Assembly (NCBI GenBank): GCA_031411295.1
Contig: JANOAV010000044.1
Span: 1 to 64,000 of the forward strand
DNA from: Verrucomicrobiales bacterium
GTDB lineage: Bacteria > Verrucomicrobiota > Verrucomicrobiia > Verrucomicrobiales > V1-33
Reading direction: 5' to 3'
DNA: 64,000 nucleotides
Below are positions 19,421 through 29,606 of the stretch, piece by piece. Position 1 is the stretch's first letter. Each line of letters begins with the position of its first letter. Under the pieces are notes generated by a model. It was not told the DNA's origin. It saw only the letters and a program-made list of their open reading frames with translations, and did not search any database. The position numbers and the translations under genes are program-made.

Positions 19421-20284
19421 ATGGAGTTGCATTGTCGCCAGCGGATCATCGCGTTTCCCCGTCGCCCTTTGGTGATGGGGATTGTCAATATCAACGACGA
19501 CTCCTTTTGCGGAGACGGCACGCTGGATATTTCCGCAGCCATGGAGCAGGCCCAGCGCATGGTGGCGGATGGGGCGGATATCATTGATGTGGGCGCTGAG
19601 AGTGCCCGAACGAATCGGGGGCCCATCTCCGTAGCCGATGAAATTGCCCGCTTGGAACCATTCATCACAGCCTTCCATGCGGCCGAGTGGTCTGCTCCGG
19701 CGGATGCAGCGCAGGTCTATCCACCGTTGCTTTCCATTAATACCTGGCGACCTGAAGTAGCGGCTGCGCTGTTACCACTCGGAGTAGATATCCTCAATGA
19801 TCTGAGCGCCCTGCCAGATCAGGTGCCTGCGCAACTTTGCCGGGAACATCAGACGGCTTTGTTGATTATGCATACCGTGGGGCAGCCGAAAGTGGCTCAC
19901 ACGCACGTGGGGTATGAGGATATCTGGGCGACGTTGGTGGCCTTTTTCTCGGAGAAATTGGAGTTAGCTAGGTCGGCTGGCTTGACGAAATCGCAGGTGA
20001 TACTCGATCCTGGCATCGATTTCGCGAAGCAACGCGATGATAATTTACGTATTTATGCCGGACTCCAACAGTTGCAGCAATTCGACGTGCCCGTGTTGCT
20101 GCCGGTTTCCCGTAAAAGTGTGATTGGTCACGTGCTGGGTATCTCCGCCCCCACCGAGCGGGATGCCGGCACCGTAGCCTGCATCCAAATGGGCCTTGCC
20201 AAGGGAGCCCACATTTTCCGGGTTCATAACGTGGCGGCAGCGTATCAGTCGATTAAGCTGCTGGATTGGTTGGCGCGGGCTTGA
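19421..20284 (+). CDS. folP: Dihydropteroate synthase
   Basis: VMGIVNINDDSFCGDG, GADIIDVGAESAR, ILDPGIDFAK, VSRKS, IFRVHNV. Confidence 0.93.
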   Translation: MELHCRQRIIAFPRRPLVMGIVNINDDSFCGDGTLDISAAMEQAQRMVADGADIIDVGAESARTNRGPISVADEIARLEPFITAFHAAEWSAPADAAQVYPPLLSINTWRPEVAAALLPLGVDILNDLSALPDQVPAQLCREHQTALLIMHTVGQPKVAHTHVGYEDIWATLVAFFSEKLELARSAGLTKSQVILDPGIDFAKQRDDNLRIYAGLQQLQQFDVPVLLPVSRKSVIGHVLGISAPTERDAGTVACIQMGLAKGAHIFRVHNVAAAYQSIKLLDWLARA

Positions 20285-20327
20285 AAATGAGGTTGCTTTG
20301 CCCGCAGCGGTGGACTTGATTTGGCCC

Positions 20328-21041
20328 ATGAAAAAATCTGCGCATCTGCTCTGGGGATTGATGCTGGTGCTAATAGCCGGGCTGGTGGGGTGGGCCGTTC
20401 GTTCCCGTGGGCCCGCAGTTCCGACTGGCAGCGTGACTCGGGCGGAAGTGCTGGCGCTGGCGGAGCGTTATGTGCAGCATGTATGGCGGGGCGGTCCGGA
20501 GCACATTTTCCATGGCCTAGATCCACAAGGCGTGCGGGTGGATACTCCGGATGCGGCCTTCCAACCTCAGAACGGTCAGGGTTGGTGGCGGACGGACGTG
20601 GAAAATGTCGGCATACCCTACAAGTGGGGAGGATTCGATTTACCCGAAGAATTCGCAACCGGACTGAGAGCCGGGCGCTATGCGGGGGACTGCGGCAGTG
20701 CGGAGAAACGCCGTTTGCTCGATGATGCGGTCAGTTCGTCCGCCGTGGGGATCGATTGCAGCGGTTTTGTTTCGCGTTGCTGGAAGTTGCCGCGGAGTTA
20801 TTCCACGCGGGAGTTGCCGCAGCTGTGCGATCCCATCACGGATCTGACGAAATTAGAGCCGGGCGATATTTTCAATCGTCACAATGCCCACGTGATGCTC
20901 TTTGCAGGATGGGTGGACGCAGACCATACGCTGATCAGCGTTTATGAGGCAAACGAGAAAGTCAGCCGCACCGAGCACGCAGTGGCGAAGCTGTTGCAGG
21001 ATGGTTTCAGTGCCTGGCGTTACCGAGAGATGCGGGATTAG
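20328..21041 (+). CDS. NlpC/P60-like cysteine hydrolase, membrane-anchored
   Basis: N-terminal TM; PYKWGG, GIDCSGFVSRCW, LEPGDIF, HVMLF. Confidence 0.8.
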   Translation: MKKSAHLLWGLMLVLIAGLVGWAVRSRGPAVPTGSVTRAEVLALAERYVQHVWRGGPEHIFHGLDPQGVRVDTPDAAFQPQNGQGWWRTDVENVGIPYKWGGFDLPEEFATGLRAGRYAGDCGSAEKRRLLDDAVSSSAVGIDCSGFVSRCWKLPRSYSTRELPQLCDPITDLTKLEPGDIFNRHNAHVMLFAGWVDADHTLISVYEANEKVSRTEHAVAKLLQDGFSAWRYREMRD

Positions 21042-21979
21042 GTTAGATTGGGCGCACTCCCACTCTCCCGCAATTCCCGCAGCGTGGTGCTGAAGGCACT
21101 CAAGTCGGAAATGATGCGGGCGTTCATCGCGATCAAGGTCGATTCGTAGTAGGCTAGATTAGGTCCGCCTACGAAGACTTTGACCGTTGCTGGCAGCAAC
21201 TTGGCCAACTGCTGCAGGTCCTCCGCCAGAGCTGGGTCATCCAGTGGGTAAATGATGCTCAGTGCCAGAACGGAAGCGTTATTTCTCATGCAAGCATGGG
21301 CTAGTTCTTCAGACGGCAGACTGGGTCCCAGATAAATCACATCCCATCCCGCCTTGCGGGCCAGGGCGGCGGAAATGACGGCACCCAACTCATGGAGTTG
21401 CCCCCGCGGCGTGCCCACCACCAGTCTGGGGGCAGAGGTGGAAGGAATCATCGACTGCGCCCGCTGCGCCAAGTAATCGCGGATCGCAGCGCTGGCAAAA
21501 TGCTCCTGGCTTGCCGTCAAGTCACCAGCGGCCCACATTTCCCCGATCTTCCTCAGAAAACGCAGCAACATTCGTTCCAAGACCCCGCTGGCCCCCAATT
21601 GCAGCATCGCTTCATCCAAGCAGCGCACCAAATCCTTGCTGGAGAAATTCCGGGTTGCCTTCAGCGCTTGGTCAATCAATGCATCCTCGTCGAGCAGAGG
21701 CTCGGTGGAGGTCGGAGCAGCCACCACCAAACCGCCGCCTTCGAGCAATCGCGTCAATTCAGGATCGCTCAGCGGCACCAAATTACTGATCGAGAAGCCC
21801 CGCTGCGTCAATTGACTCAACAGGGCGAGCCGGGCGACATCCTCCTCTGAATACATCCGTCGGGCACTCGCAGTGCGGGCAGGCGTGACTGCGCCATAGC
21901 GTTTTTCCCAGATTCGAATCACATGCGCACTGAGTCCAGTGCGCATGCTAACTGCTTTGATGTTGTGCAAATAATCCAT
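21038..21979 (-). CDS. carH: MerR-family cobalamin-binding transcriptional regulator (CarH/LitR-like photoreceptor)
   Basis: MerR HTH (IKAVSMRTGLSAHVIRIWEKRY, RMYSEEDV); W-x9-EH motif (WAAGDLTASQEH); B12-binding Q-L-H-E-L-G and YLGPSLP. Confidence 0.85.
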   Translation of the reverse strand: MDYLHNIKAVSMRTGLSAHVIRIWEKRYGAVTPARTASARRMYSEEDVARLALLSQLTQRGFSISNLVPLSDPELTRLLEGGGLVVAAPTSTEPLLDEDALIDQALKATRNFSSKDLVRCLDEAMLQLGASGVLERMLLRFLRKIGEMWAAGDLTASQEHFASAAIRDYLAQRAQSMIPSTSAPRLVVGTPRGQLHELGAVISAALARKAGWDVIYLGPSLPSEELAHACMRNNASVLALSIIYPLDDPALAEDLQQLAKLLPATVKVFVGGPNLAYYESTLIAMNARIISDLSAFSTTLRELRESGSAPNLT

Positions 21980-22057
21980 TGGATGGTAGTATCTCGGGAG
22001 CCCCGCACCCGAAGGTGCTACGTCTAAATCACGATGTGGCATCCGTAAATCCAAAAA

Positions 22058-22075
22058 TTCGACAAAAATTAGACA
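22058..22075 (+). promoter_or_regulatory. Candidate CarH operator: tandem 11-bp-period TnnACA repeats
   Basis: TTCGACA-AAAA-TTAGACA in the divergent carH/desaturase intergenic region. Confidence 0.55.
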
Positions 22076-22180
22076 GAGGTAGTCCGTTTGGGTTGCAAAT
22101 CCGCTCTTGCTACCTGTCGTAAAGTAACTTAAAGGTCATGTAAGCCGCCTTTGCTTCGGCGGCCCTCGTTTCCTTTTTCC

Positions 22181-23296
22181 ATGATTACCGAAACCCTCGA
22201 ATCTCCCACCGCTGTCGCTGCACAAGCCTCCGCTCCATCCCCAACTACATCATCCGATCCCTTGAAAAACGGGGAATGGAAGAAAATCGTCTCCAAGTTC
22301 ACCGTCCCCAGCCGAGGACGTGCCACGTGGCAATTGGTCAATACGCTGGTGCCATTCATCGCCTGCTGGGTGGCCATGTATTTCACCGTGGAAAAGTCGC
22401 TCCTCTTGACGGCCTTGTTCGTGCTCCTCGCAGGCGCGCTGTCGGTGCGGGTGTTCATCATTTTCCACGACTGTGGCCATGGCTCCTTCTTCAAATCGCG
22501 GAAGGTAAATGACGTGGTCGGATTCATCTGTGGCGTCTTTACCTTCACCCCCTACCTCCATTGGCGCTGGGAGCACGCGCTGCACCATGCTTCCTCTGGC
22601 GATCTGGATCGTCGTGGGGTGGGAGACATCTGGACGATGACCGTTGATGAGTATCTCAGCGCTTCGCGCGGCAAACGTCTGGCCTACCGCTTCATGCGTA
22701 ATCCCATCATCCTGTTCGGCTTGGGCCCGCTTTATTTGTTCCTCGTGCAAATGCGCATTCCATCCAAGAAAGCCAGTCGGCGGGACCGCAATTCCGTCTG
22801 GTATATGAATATTGCCATTGCGCTCTTCATGATCCTCATGGGCACCCTCTTCGGTTGGAAACATTATCTGCTGCTCCAAGTGGGCGTTACCCTGATTGCG
22901 GGAATCTCCGGCGTCTGGATGTTCTATGTGCAACATCAATACGAGGACGTTTACTGGGAGCACAATGACAACTGGGACTTCGCCACCGCCGCCCTCCACG
23001 GTAGTTCCTTCTACAAACTGCCCCGCATCCTCCAGTGGTTCACTGGCAACATCGGCTTCCACCACATTCACCACCTTAGCTCCCGGATCCCGAATTACCA
23101 TCTGGAGCGCTGCCATAAGTCCCACCCACTTTTCAGCACCGTGGAGCCTCTCACCTTCTGGAAGAGCCTGAAATCTCTGACCTTCCGCCTGTTCGACGAA
23201 TCCCAACGCAAGCTCGTGAGCTTCCGTCACATTCGCCATCTGCCGCGGAAACCCAAGTCTCAGGACACCACTGGCGGCACCCCCGCCAGCGCCTAG
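22181..23296 (+). CDS. des: Membrane fatty-acid (acyl-lipid) desaturase, Bacillus Des-like
   Basis: His boxes HDCGH, HALHH and HHIHH; GDIWTMTV.EY; WMFYVQHQYE; TGNIGFHHIHHLSSRIPNY. Confidence 0.9.
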   Translation: MITETLESPTAVAAQASAPSPTTSSDPLKNGEWKKIVSKFTVPSRGRATWQLVNTLVPFIACWVAMYFTVEKSLLLTALFVLLAGALSVRVFIIFHDCGHGSFFKSRKVNDVVGFICGVFTFTPYLHWRWEHALHHASSGDLDRRGVGDIWTMTVDEYLSASRGKRLAYRFMRNPIILFGLGPLYLFLVQMRIPSKKASRRDRNSVWYMNIAIALFMILMGTLFGWKHYLLLQVGVTLIAGISGVWMFYVQHQYEDVYWEHNDNWDFATAALHGSSFYKLPRILQWFTGNIGFHHIHHLSSRIPNYHLERCHKSHPLFSTVEPLTFWKSLKSLTFRLFDESQRKLVSFRHIRHLPRKPKSQDTTGGTPASA

Positions 23297-23299
23297 TTC

Positions 23300-24139
23300 A
23301 TGGCCATCGTTTCCCTGGGGCGGCGGAATTTACTGCCTATCATTAGGCAGTCTGTTTACGGCACCCACCTCGATGGCGGTAAGCTCGGGGAGATTCTTCT
23401 GCTGGCTCGCGAGTATGTGGACCCCGAGGAAACGTCGCTGGACGTGTTCGTTTACCTGAACTCCGAGGATCGGCTCACCGCCACCCGGGCCACTCCGTTG
23501 GCCATGGTGGGGGAATTCGCTTCTTTAAAAGTCATTGAATTCCATCCCCAACTCGGAGCGTTTCTCGACTGGGGATTGAGCAAGGACTTGCTCCTGCCGA
23601 TGCGGGAACAAGTCGGCCGTGTCCGTCCCGGCCAGCGGGTCGTCGTTTATATTAAAGTGGACGAACGCTCCCAGCGCATCAACGCCACCATGAAGCTGCA
23701 TCCGTATTTGAATCGCATGGATTCCAATTACAGCGTGGGTCAGGAAGTAAACCTGCTCATCGCGAGTCGCACGGAATTAGGCTTCAACGCGCTGCTGCCC
23801 TCGGGCCATATCGGGCTGCTCTACCACAGCGAAACCAATACCCCGCTGGAAATTGGCGACAACATCATCGGCTACATCCGCACCGTTCGCGAGGATGGCA
23901 AAATCGATCTCGGTCTCGATCTAGCAGGCGCGCACCGCCTCCCGGAACTCGCTCAGCGCATCCTCAGCACGCTCAAGGCGGCCGGAGGCTCCCTGCCCTA
24001 CGGAGACGACAGTTCCCCGCAGGACATCAGAGACTTCTTCTCCATGAGCAAGAAGGCCTTCAAGCAAGCCCTGGGCACGCTGTATAAACAACGATTAGTG
24101 AAGATCGAGCCGGATGGGATCTCGCTGGCGAAAGATTAG
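23300..24139 (+). CDS. cvfB: CvfB-family S1 RNA-binding protein
   Basis: VFVYLNSEDRLTAT, GAFLDWGLSKDLLLP, REDGKIDL, FSMSKKAFKQALGTLYK. Confidence 0.88.
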   Translation: MAIVSLGRRNLLPIIRQSVYGTHLDGGKLGEILLLAREYVDPEETSLDVFVYLNSEDRLTATRATPLAMVGEFASLKVIEFHPQLGAFLDWGLSKDLLLPMREQVGRVRPGQRVVVYIKVDERSQRINATMKLHPYLNRMDSNYSVGQEVNLLIASRTELGFNALLPSGHIGLLYHSETNTPLEIGDNIIGYIRTVREDGKIDLGLDLAGAHRLPELAQRILSTLKAAGGSLPYGDDSSPQDIRDFFSMSKKAFKQALGTLYKQRLVKIEPDGISLAKD

Positions 24140-24276
24140 TTTGTAACGTGGCTTCGAAGACACAATTGATTTTGCCGATTTTGCCCTCCATCATTTAGAA
24201 GTTCCAGGCGACTGGAGCGAACAGTTTGAAAATCTTATCGTTTTGCTGGCCATAGATTACCCAGAGGTTTGCAGTT

Positions 24277-24645
24277 ATGAACCTCACTGAACTGAAATCG
24301 TCTGTCCGTGCTTTGCTACTTCTGATTGCGGTGGTCACGGTGCTGGTTGCATGGATCATTCCGGCAGGTCTTCATGTGGTGACCGCATGGAACGGGCAAC
24401 AGTCACCCATGGTGAATCCTCTCAGCATAGAATCCAGCGCGGATTTCCACCAAGAGCCTGACCCTTTTTCCGATGACCCTAATGTAGTCCGACTGATCAA
24501 CCCACAAAATCCGGTCCAGATTAGGACCAAGTTCGTTCAAGTTGGTTCCGGAACCGAAGAGCTCAACTTTGAAGAGTTGATCCAAGCATTTCAACCAGCC
24601 ACTGATGCCAGTTTTCCCCACAGCCAAAATGCCCATGATGAATGA
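24277..24645 (+). CDS. Small membrane-anchored hypothetical protein
   Basis: N-terminal hydrophobic helix; fills the intergenic gap in the same orientation as its neighbours. Confidence 0.5.
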   Translation: MNLTELKSSVRALLLLIAVVTVLVAWIIPAGLHVVTAWNGQQSPMVNPLSIESSADFHQEPDPFSDDPNVVRLINPQNPVQIRTKFVQVGSGTEELNFEELIQAFQPATDASFPHSQNAHDE

Positions 24646-24691
24646 GGATCACCACGCTGGACCAGGCTACTTAAGAGTCGAGGATTATAAC

Positions 24692-24798
24692 CTGTGGCAT
24701 GGGCGTCCCGCCCATCAGCCAAGGATCGGTGCGGGTGAAATGGAGATGTGACCCAAAGGGAAGCTGCTGGGCTGATGGGCGGGACACCCATGCCACAG
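24692..24798. repeat. REPIN: inverted pair of GTGG-headed REP elements
   Basis: ctgtggcatgggcgtcccgcccatcagcc (24692-24720) and its inverted copy (24770-24798), 28/29 complementary. Confidence 0.85.
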
Positions 24799-24878
24799 AA
24801 GCAGCGTTCCGTCAGTGCGTTGGGTTTGTGATTCCTCTGGGTTTGACATTACGGAAATTTTCGTGAATTTCACCGGAT

Positions 24879-26546
24879 ATGAAATTTCCCTACTTCTTGA
24901 ACCTCACAATGAGTGTTGCGTTGCTCTCGCCTGCTCTAGCCGAAGTAAAGCCAGCGTCTCCGCCGGCTCCCGCGCCTACTCCTAAAGATACCAAGGGGGC
25001 GCCTGCGGAGAACAAGGCTGCTGAGGCGAAGGACAAGAAGGCTGAGGCCGCTAAAGGAGGCAAGGATGCCAAGGAGGAGAAGAAAGATGCCAAGCCCGAA
25101 GGCCCAGCGAATCCGAAGGAGAAACTTAGTGTGACCCAGCATGTGCTGAAGGTGGGCGATAAACCGCTGCGCTATACGGCCACGGCGGGAACGTTAACGC
25201 TGAGCAAATCCGGTGGGGAACCACGCGCCAACGTGTTTTTCACCGCTTATACGATGAATTCCGGCGGTCATGGCAAACCTCAGAAGGAAGGCGGTCCCAA
25301 ACCGGACGCAGTGGAACCTGCGAATCCTCGTCCGGTTACCTTTTGCTTCAATGGTGGGCCCGGATCATCTGCGGTGTGGCTGCACTTGGGAGCCTTCGGC
25401 CCGCGTCGGGTGCTGCTGCCAGAGGGCGGCACGGGCACGCCGAAACCGCCATTTCAGTTAGTGGACAATGCCCATACGCTTTTAGAACAGACGGATTTGG
25501 TTTTCATCGATCCGGTTAGCACCGGCTACAGCCGTGCGGAGAAGGGGGAGGATGCCAAGCAATTCCATGGGTTCAGCGAGGACTTGGAAAGCGTCGGGGA
25601 CTTTATCCGATTGTATGTTAGTAAAAACAAGCGCTGGGCTTCGCCTAAATTTCTCCTGGGTGAAAGCTATGGGGCCATCCGCGCAGCGGGGCTGGCCGGG
25701 CATTTACAAGAACGTTATGGGATGGCGTTGAATGGGATCGCCATCGTTTCCGGCTTGCTGGATTTCCAGACCTTGAGCGCCTCCGGCCCCAATGACCTGC
25801 CCTACGTGGTGTTCCTGCCCACGATGGCATCGGTGGCGTTCTATCACCAGAAACTGAGTCCTGAACTACAGAAGGATCGCGCTGCGACCACGGCTGCAGC
25901 CACGGAGTTTGCGCATGGAGCCTATGCCAGCGCGCTGTTGCGCGGGGCGGCATTGCCGGCGGATGAGAAAGAAAAGATCGCGGAGACGTTGGCTAAATTT
26001 ACCAGTCTGCCGAAGGATCTGATCCTGCGGGAGAATTTGCGGGTGGATGCCAGCATGTTCTTCCGCAAGCTGCTGGAAAAGGAAAACAAGACGATCGGCC
26101 GCTTTGATGGTCGGGTGGTGGGCGATCCGGAAATCGGGGATCCCTCCTACGCCAATGTTTACAGTGCATTCTCCTCCAGTCTTAATGCCTACATCCGCAC
26201 GGAGTTGAAGGTGGAGAATGATCAGCCGTATGAGATCCTGACCAGCGAGGTGCATCCCTGGAGCTACAAGCAGTTCACCAATCGTTATGTGACCGTGGCG
26301 GAAACATTAAATGAGGCGATGAAATCCAATCCCAGCCTCAAGGTCTATGTGGCCTGTGGTCACTATGATCTGGCCACGCCAGCGGATGGGATTCGCTTTA
26401 GCTTCAACCATATGACGCTCTCCGACGCGCAGCGCAAGAATGTGCAATTCGGAGATTATGAAGGTGGTCACATGATGTATACGAATCTGCCGGAACTGGA
26501 GAAATTGTCCGACGCGCTCCGGAAATTTATTGATGCCGCCAAATAA
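24879..26546 (+). CDS. Secreted serine carboxypeptidase (peptidase S10)
   Basis: Signal peptide; FNGGPGSS, FIDPVSTGYS, LLGESYG, GHYDLATP, GGHMMY. Confidence 0.92.
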   Translation: MKFPYFLNLTMSVALLSPALAEVKPASPPAPAPTPKDTKGAPAENKAAEAKDKKAEAAKGGKDAKEEKKDAKPEGPANPKEKLSVTQHVLKVGDKPLRYTATAGTLTLSKSGGEPRANVFFTAYTMNSGGHGKPQKEGGPKPDAVEPANPRPVTFCFNGGPGSSAVWLHLGAFGPRRVLLPEGGTGTPKPPFQLVDNAHTLLEQTDLVFIDPVSTGYSRAEKGEDAKQFHGFSEDLESVGDFIRLYVSKNKRWASPKFLLGESYGAIRAAGLAGHLQERYGMALNGIAIVSGLLDFQTLSASGPNDLPYVVFLPTMASVAFYHQKLSPELQKDRAATTAAATEFAHGAYASALLRGAALPADEKEKIAETLAKFTSLPKDLILRENLRVDASMFFRKLLEKENKTIGRFDGRVVGDPEIGDPSYANVYSAFSSSLNAYIRTELKVENDQPYEILTSEVHPWSYKQFTNRYVTVAETLNEAMKSNPSLKVYVACGHYDLATPADGIRFSFNHMTLSDAQRKNVQFGDYEGGHMMYTNLPELEKLSDALRKFIDAAK

Positions 26547-26565
26547 TCCAAACAGCCCTGCTTCC

Positions 26566-27663
26566 ATGTCCAAATCTTCCGCCACGGCCGTTCCGCTTCT
26601 GCAATCTCTGGCCGAGGCGGCGGGCGCCCCGGGTGCGGAATCGGAGGTGCGCGCTATTTTCCAGCAACAGTTGGCTCCCTGCGGCCCGCTGCGGGCAGAT
26701 AAATTAGGAAGCGCCATCTGTGATCGGGCAGGGACGGGACCGCGCGTGATGCTGACGGCTCATTTCGATGAAGTGGCGTTTGCGGTGCAGAATATTACGA
26801 GCCGGGGGTTCCTGAAGTTGGTGGCCCTGGGCGGTTGGTGGACCCATAATTTACTGGCGCAGCGGGTGCAGGTGATCACGGCCAAGGGGCGGAAAATTCT
26901 CGGCGTAATTGCTTCCACCCCACCGCATTTCCTCAGTGAAGGCCAGCGCGACAAGGTCATGGCGCTGGAGAATTTGTTCGTGGACATCGGAGCCAGCAGC
27001 GCCAAGGAGGTGACGGAGAAATTCGGCATCGCATTGGGTGATCCCATCGTTCCGGTGTCTGAATTTACCCGCATGGAGAATCCGGATTTGGTATTGTGCA
27101 AGGCGTTCGATAACCGCGTGGGGTGTGCGGTTATGATTGAAACGATGCTGCGGCTGCGCAAAGCGAAGCTGGCCTGTGCCCTAACAGCAGTGGGGACGGT
27201 GCAGGAGGAAATCGGGTGTCGGGGGGCCGTCACGGCTGCAGCCATGGTGAAACCGGATCTGGCGCTGATCATGGAAGGCACTCCGGCTGACGATACGCCG
27301 GGAATGAGTGCTGAGGAGTCCCAGGGAGCCCTAGGCGCGGGGCCGCAGATTCGGTTGTTGGATCCTACAGCTCTGATGAATCGCCCGCTGGCCAAGTTCA
27401 TTGCCAAAATTGCCGAACAAGAAAAAATTCCGCATCAAATTGCGGTGCGACGCTCTGGCGGGACCGACGCCAAGAGCATTCATCTGGCCGGGGAAGGTGT
27501 GCCCTGCGTGGTGGTCGGGGTGCCCGCCCGATATATCCACTCACACAATGCCATCGTGAATTTGCAGGATTACGAGCACACGATTCGCCTGATGGTGTCG
27601 GTGATTCAGGCATTGAATGCCAAGGAGGTCGCGAAATTTACCGACTTTGCGGCAGGTCGTTAG
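26566..27663 (+). CDS. M42-family metallo-aminopeptidase
   Basis: AHFDEV, LGGWW, FVDIGA, KAFDNRVG, VQEEIG.RGA, GGTDA, RYIHS. Confidence 0.92.
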   Translation: MSKSSATAVPLLQSLAEAAGAPGAESEVRAIFQQQLAPCGPLRADKLGSAICDRAGTGPRVMLTAHFDEVAFAVQNITSRGFLKLVALGGWWTHNLLAQRVQVITAKGRKILGVIASTPPHFLSEGQRDKVMALENLFVDIGASSAKEVTEKFGIALGDPIVPVSEFTRMENPDLVLCKAFDNRVGCAVMIETMLRLRKAKLACALTAVGTVQEEIGCRGAVTAAAMVKPDLALIMEGTPADDTPGMSAEESQGALGAGPQIRLLDPTALMNRPLAKFIAKIAEQEKIPHQIAVRRSGGTDAKSIHLAGEGVPCVVVGVPARYIHSHNAIVNLQDYEHTIRLMVSVIQALNAKEVAKFTDFAAGR

Positions 27664-27749
27664 GTCGTGAGAAGCAGTTTGCAAAGCGGGGAAAATTACG
27701 CTCTGCTGAGCTACCGCAGGTCCGTTGACGCACCGTTCGGCAGTCAGTT

Positions 27750-29606
27750 ATGAAGCACAATCTCCCCCCCCAACCTCCTCCGCGGGAAAATCAGACTTGG
27801 TCTCCGCCCGTGAGCCGCACTTGGCCGCAACGTTTGTTGCGCGGCTGGGGATTGGTGGGCACGATTTTGTGCTTGCTGGTTTTGTATGGATTGATTCGTG
27901 GACGCCAGGACTACCGAAATTTCAAGTCTTTCCTCTCCCATCAGGAAGTGACTAAGGCCATGCAGTTGGCTGCTGCGGGTGATGACAACGGGGTGATCGC
28001 GTTGTTGGAAAAAGCCGGCGCGCGCACGCCGAATGATGCGATGGTCTTGCGGGCCTTGGCGGATTTCAATGAAACGAGGCAGGATCCGATGACGCTGTAT
28101 GCGCTGCGCAAGTTGGTCAATAATGGTGATTCCGCCCCGGAGGATCGGGAGCGATTGTGTCGGTTAGCGTTTGACTGGGGTCATGCCGAGCTGGCTGACA
28201 CGGAGACGCTGCGGGACTGGGCGCTCTCAGAGACGACGAACTTGGGGCTGCGTCCGCTGGAATTAAGCGCCCGCTGGATGGCTTCGCGTGGCCAGGGAGC
28301 TGAAGCTGAAGGAAGACTGCGGAAGGCCTTGCAGATGGCGCAGGACGATATGGCTACTCCCGCCATTGAAGTGGCGCTGGCGCGGCTGCTGCTGAATAGT
28401 CCACCTGCGCAGATGGGTAGTGCCGGGGTGATTCATGAATGTGTGGTCCTGCTAACAAAAGCCCTCGAAAGAACGTCTCCGCCCGTGCCCATCCATGGCG
28501 AGGCCGCGAAACTCCTCAGCGTGCTGGCGCTCAAGCCAGAATGGGCGGAGCACGTTACCGAGGCCACGATCGAGCGAACTCGCAAGGCCTTACTAGCCCA
28601 GTCGCAGGCTTCGGAGAGCCCGGTGCAGGCGATGGACTTCCGCCTGCAAGAGCGTGTGCTCCAGATGAAATATCGACCGTCGCAGAAGTCGGAAATTGTG
28701 GAAGAGGTCGTCAAACTGGCGCGGACCGCCAGCGAAAAGGAACGGATGGTGATAGCGCGGTGGCTGCTCAGTAATGACTTTTCGCTGCGAGCCATGGAGA
28801 TTTGTGAGACCATTGATCAGCAACTGACCAACCGGGAATGGTTCACCCTGCGGTTGGATGCTCTCCATGCCTTAAAACGCTATGAGGAGGTCAAGCAATT
28901 ACTGGCCGCGCCCGCACAACCGTTGCCACAAATCATTAAGGCGCAATTTTTGTTAACCGAAGAGAAGTCACTCCAAGCTCCCGAGGCTGCGGTGGAAGCC
29001 AGTCGCAAGGCGGTGCGGGATGCGGCTTCGCGATCCGAATTTAAAGACACCTTGAATGCGGCCGGGGTATTGGAGCGAACGGGCGAGGTGACGCTGGCGA
29101 TGGATCTTTTCCAAGGCCTACAGAACCATTCCCAAGCTGGTCTGCCCGCCCGCCTTGGCTTGGTGCGCTGTCTCAGCGTGCAATTGGAACGCACGCCGGA
29201 GCTGATCGAAGCACTGAATTCACTGTTAGTGCTCTGGCCTCATTCTGACGAAGCTCGCAGTGATCTGGCTTACCTCCGGTTACTGGATAAAACGCATCGC
29301 CAGGAAGACGTGGCCGCGGTGATTAGTCTGGCCCAACGCAATCAGTGGTATTTAGCGTATCGCATCCCCGCCGCGCTGGCGTTGTTGCGCATTAATGAAT
29401 CGGCTAAAGCCCTCAAAATATTGGACTCCACCGATGTTCCATGGGCGCAGGCTCGCGCGGGCTGGCGGGCGGTCTTTGCGGCCACCCTGGCCGCGAATCA
29501 ACGAATGGCAGATGCCCGCAAGTGGGGAGAGCAGCTTTCCTTGAAAGAGTTGCGTCCCGGGGAGCGACGATTGCTGGAGGATTATGCGATCACCCCCAAG
29601 CCATGA
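27750..29606 (+). CDS. Membrane-anchored TPR-like helical protein (exosortase-associated)
   Basis: Single N-terminal TM followed by all-helical A/L/E/R-rich sequence; stop overlaps the exosortase start (ATGA). Confidence 0.7.
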   Translation: MKHNLPPQPPPRENQTWSPPVSRTWPQRLLRGWGLVGTILCLLVLYGLIRGRQDYRNFKSFLSHQEVTKAMQLAAAGDDNGVIALLEKAGARTPNDAMVLRALADFNETRQDPMTLYALRKLVNNGDSAPEDRERLCRLAFDWGHAELADTETLRDWALSETTNLGLRPLELSARWMASRGQGAEAEGRLRKALQMAQDDMATPAIEVALARLLLNSPPAQMGSAGVIHECVVLLTKALERTSPPVPIHGEAAKLLSVLALKPEWAEHVTEATIERTRKALLAQSQASESPVQAMDFRLQERVLQMKYRPSQKSEIVEEVVKLARTASEKERMVIARWLLSNDFSLRAMEICETIDQQLTNREWFTLRLDALHALKRYEEVKQLLAAPAQPLPQIIKAQFLLTEEKSLQAPEAAVEASRKAVRDAASRSEFKDTLNAAGVLERTGEVTLAMDLFQGLQNHSQAGLPARLGLVRCLSVQLERTPELIEALNSLLVLWPHSDEARSDLAYLRLLDKTHRQEDVAAVISLAQRNQWYLAYRIPAALALLRINESAKALKILDSTDVPWAQARAGWRAVFAATLAANQRMADARKWGEQLSLKELRPGERRLLEDYAITPKP

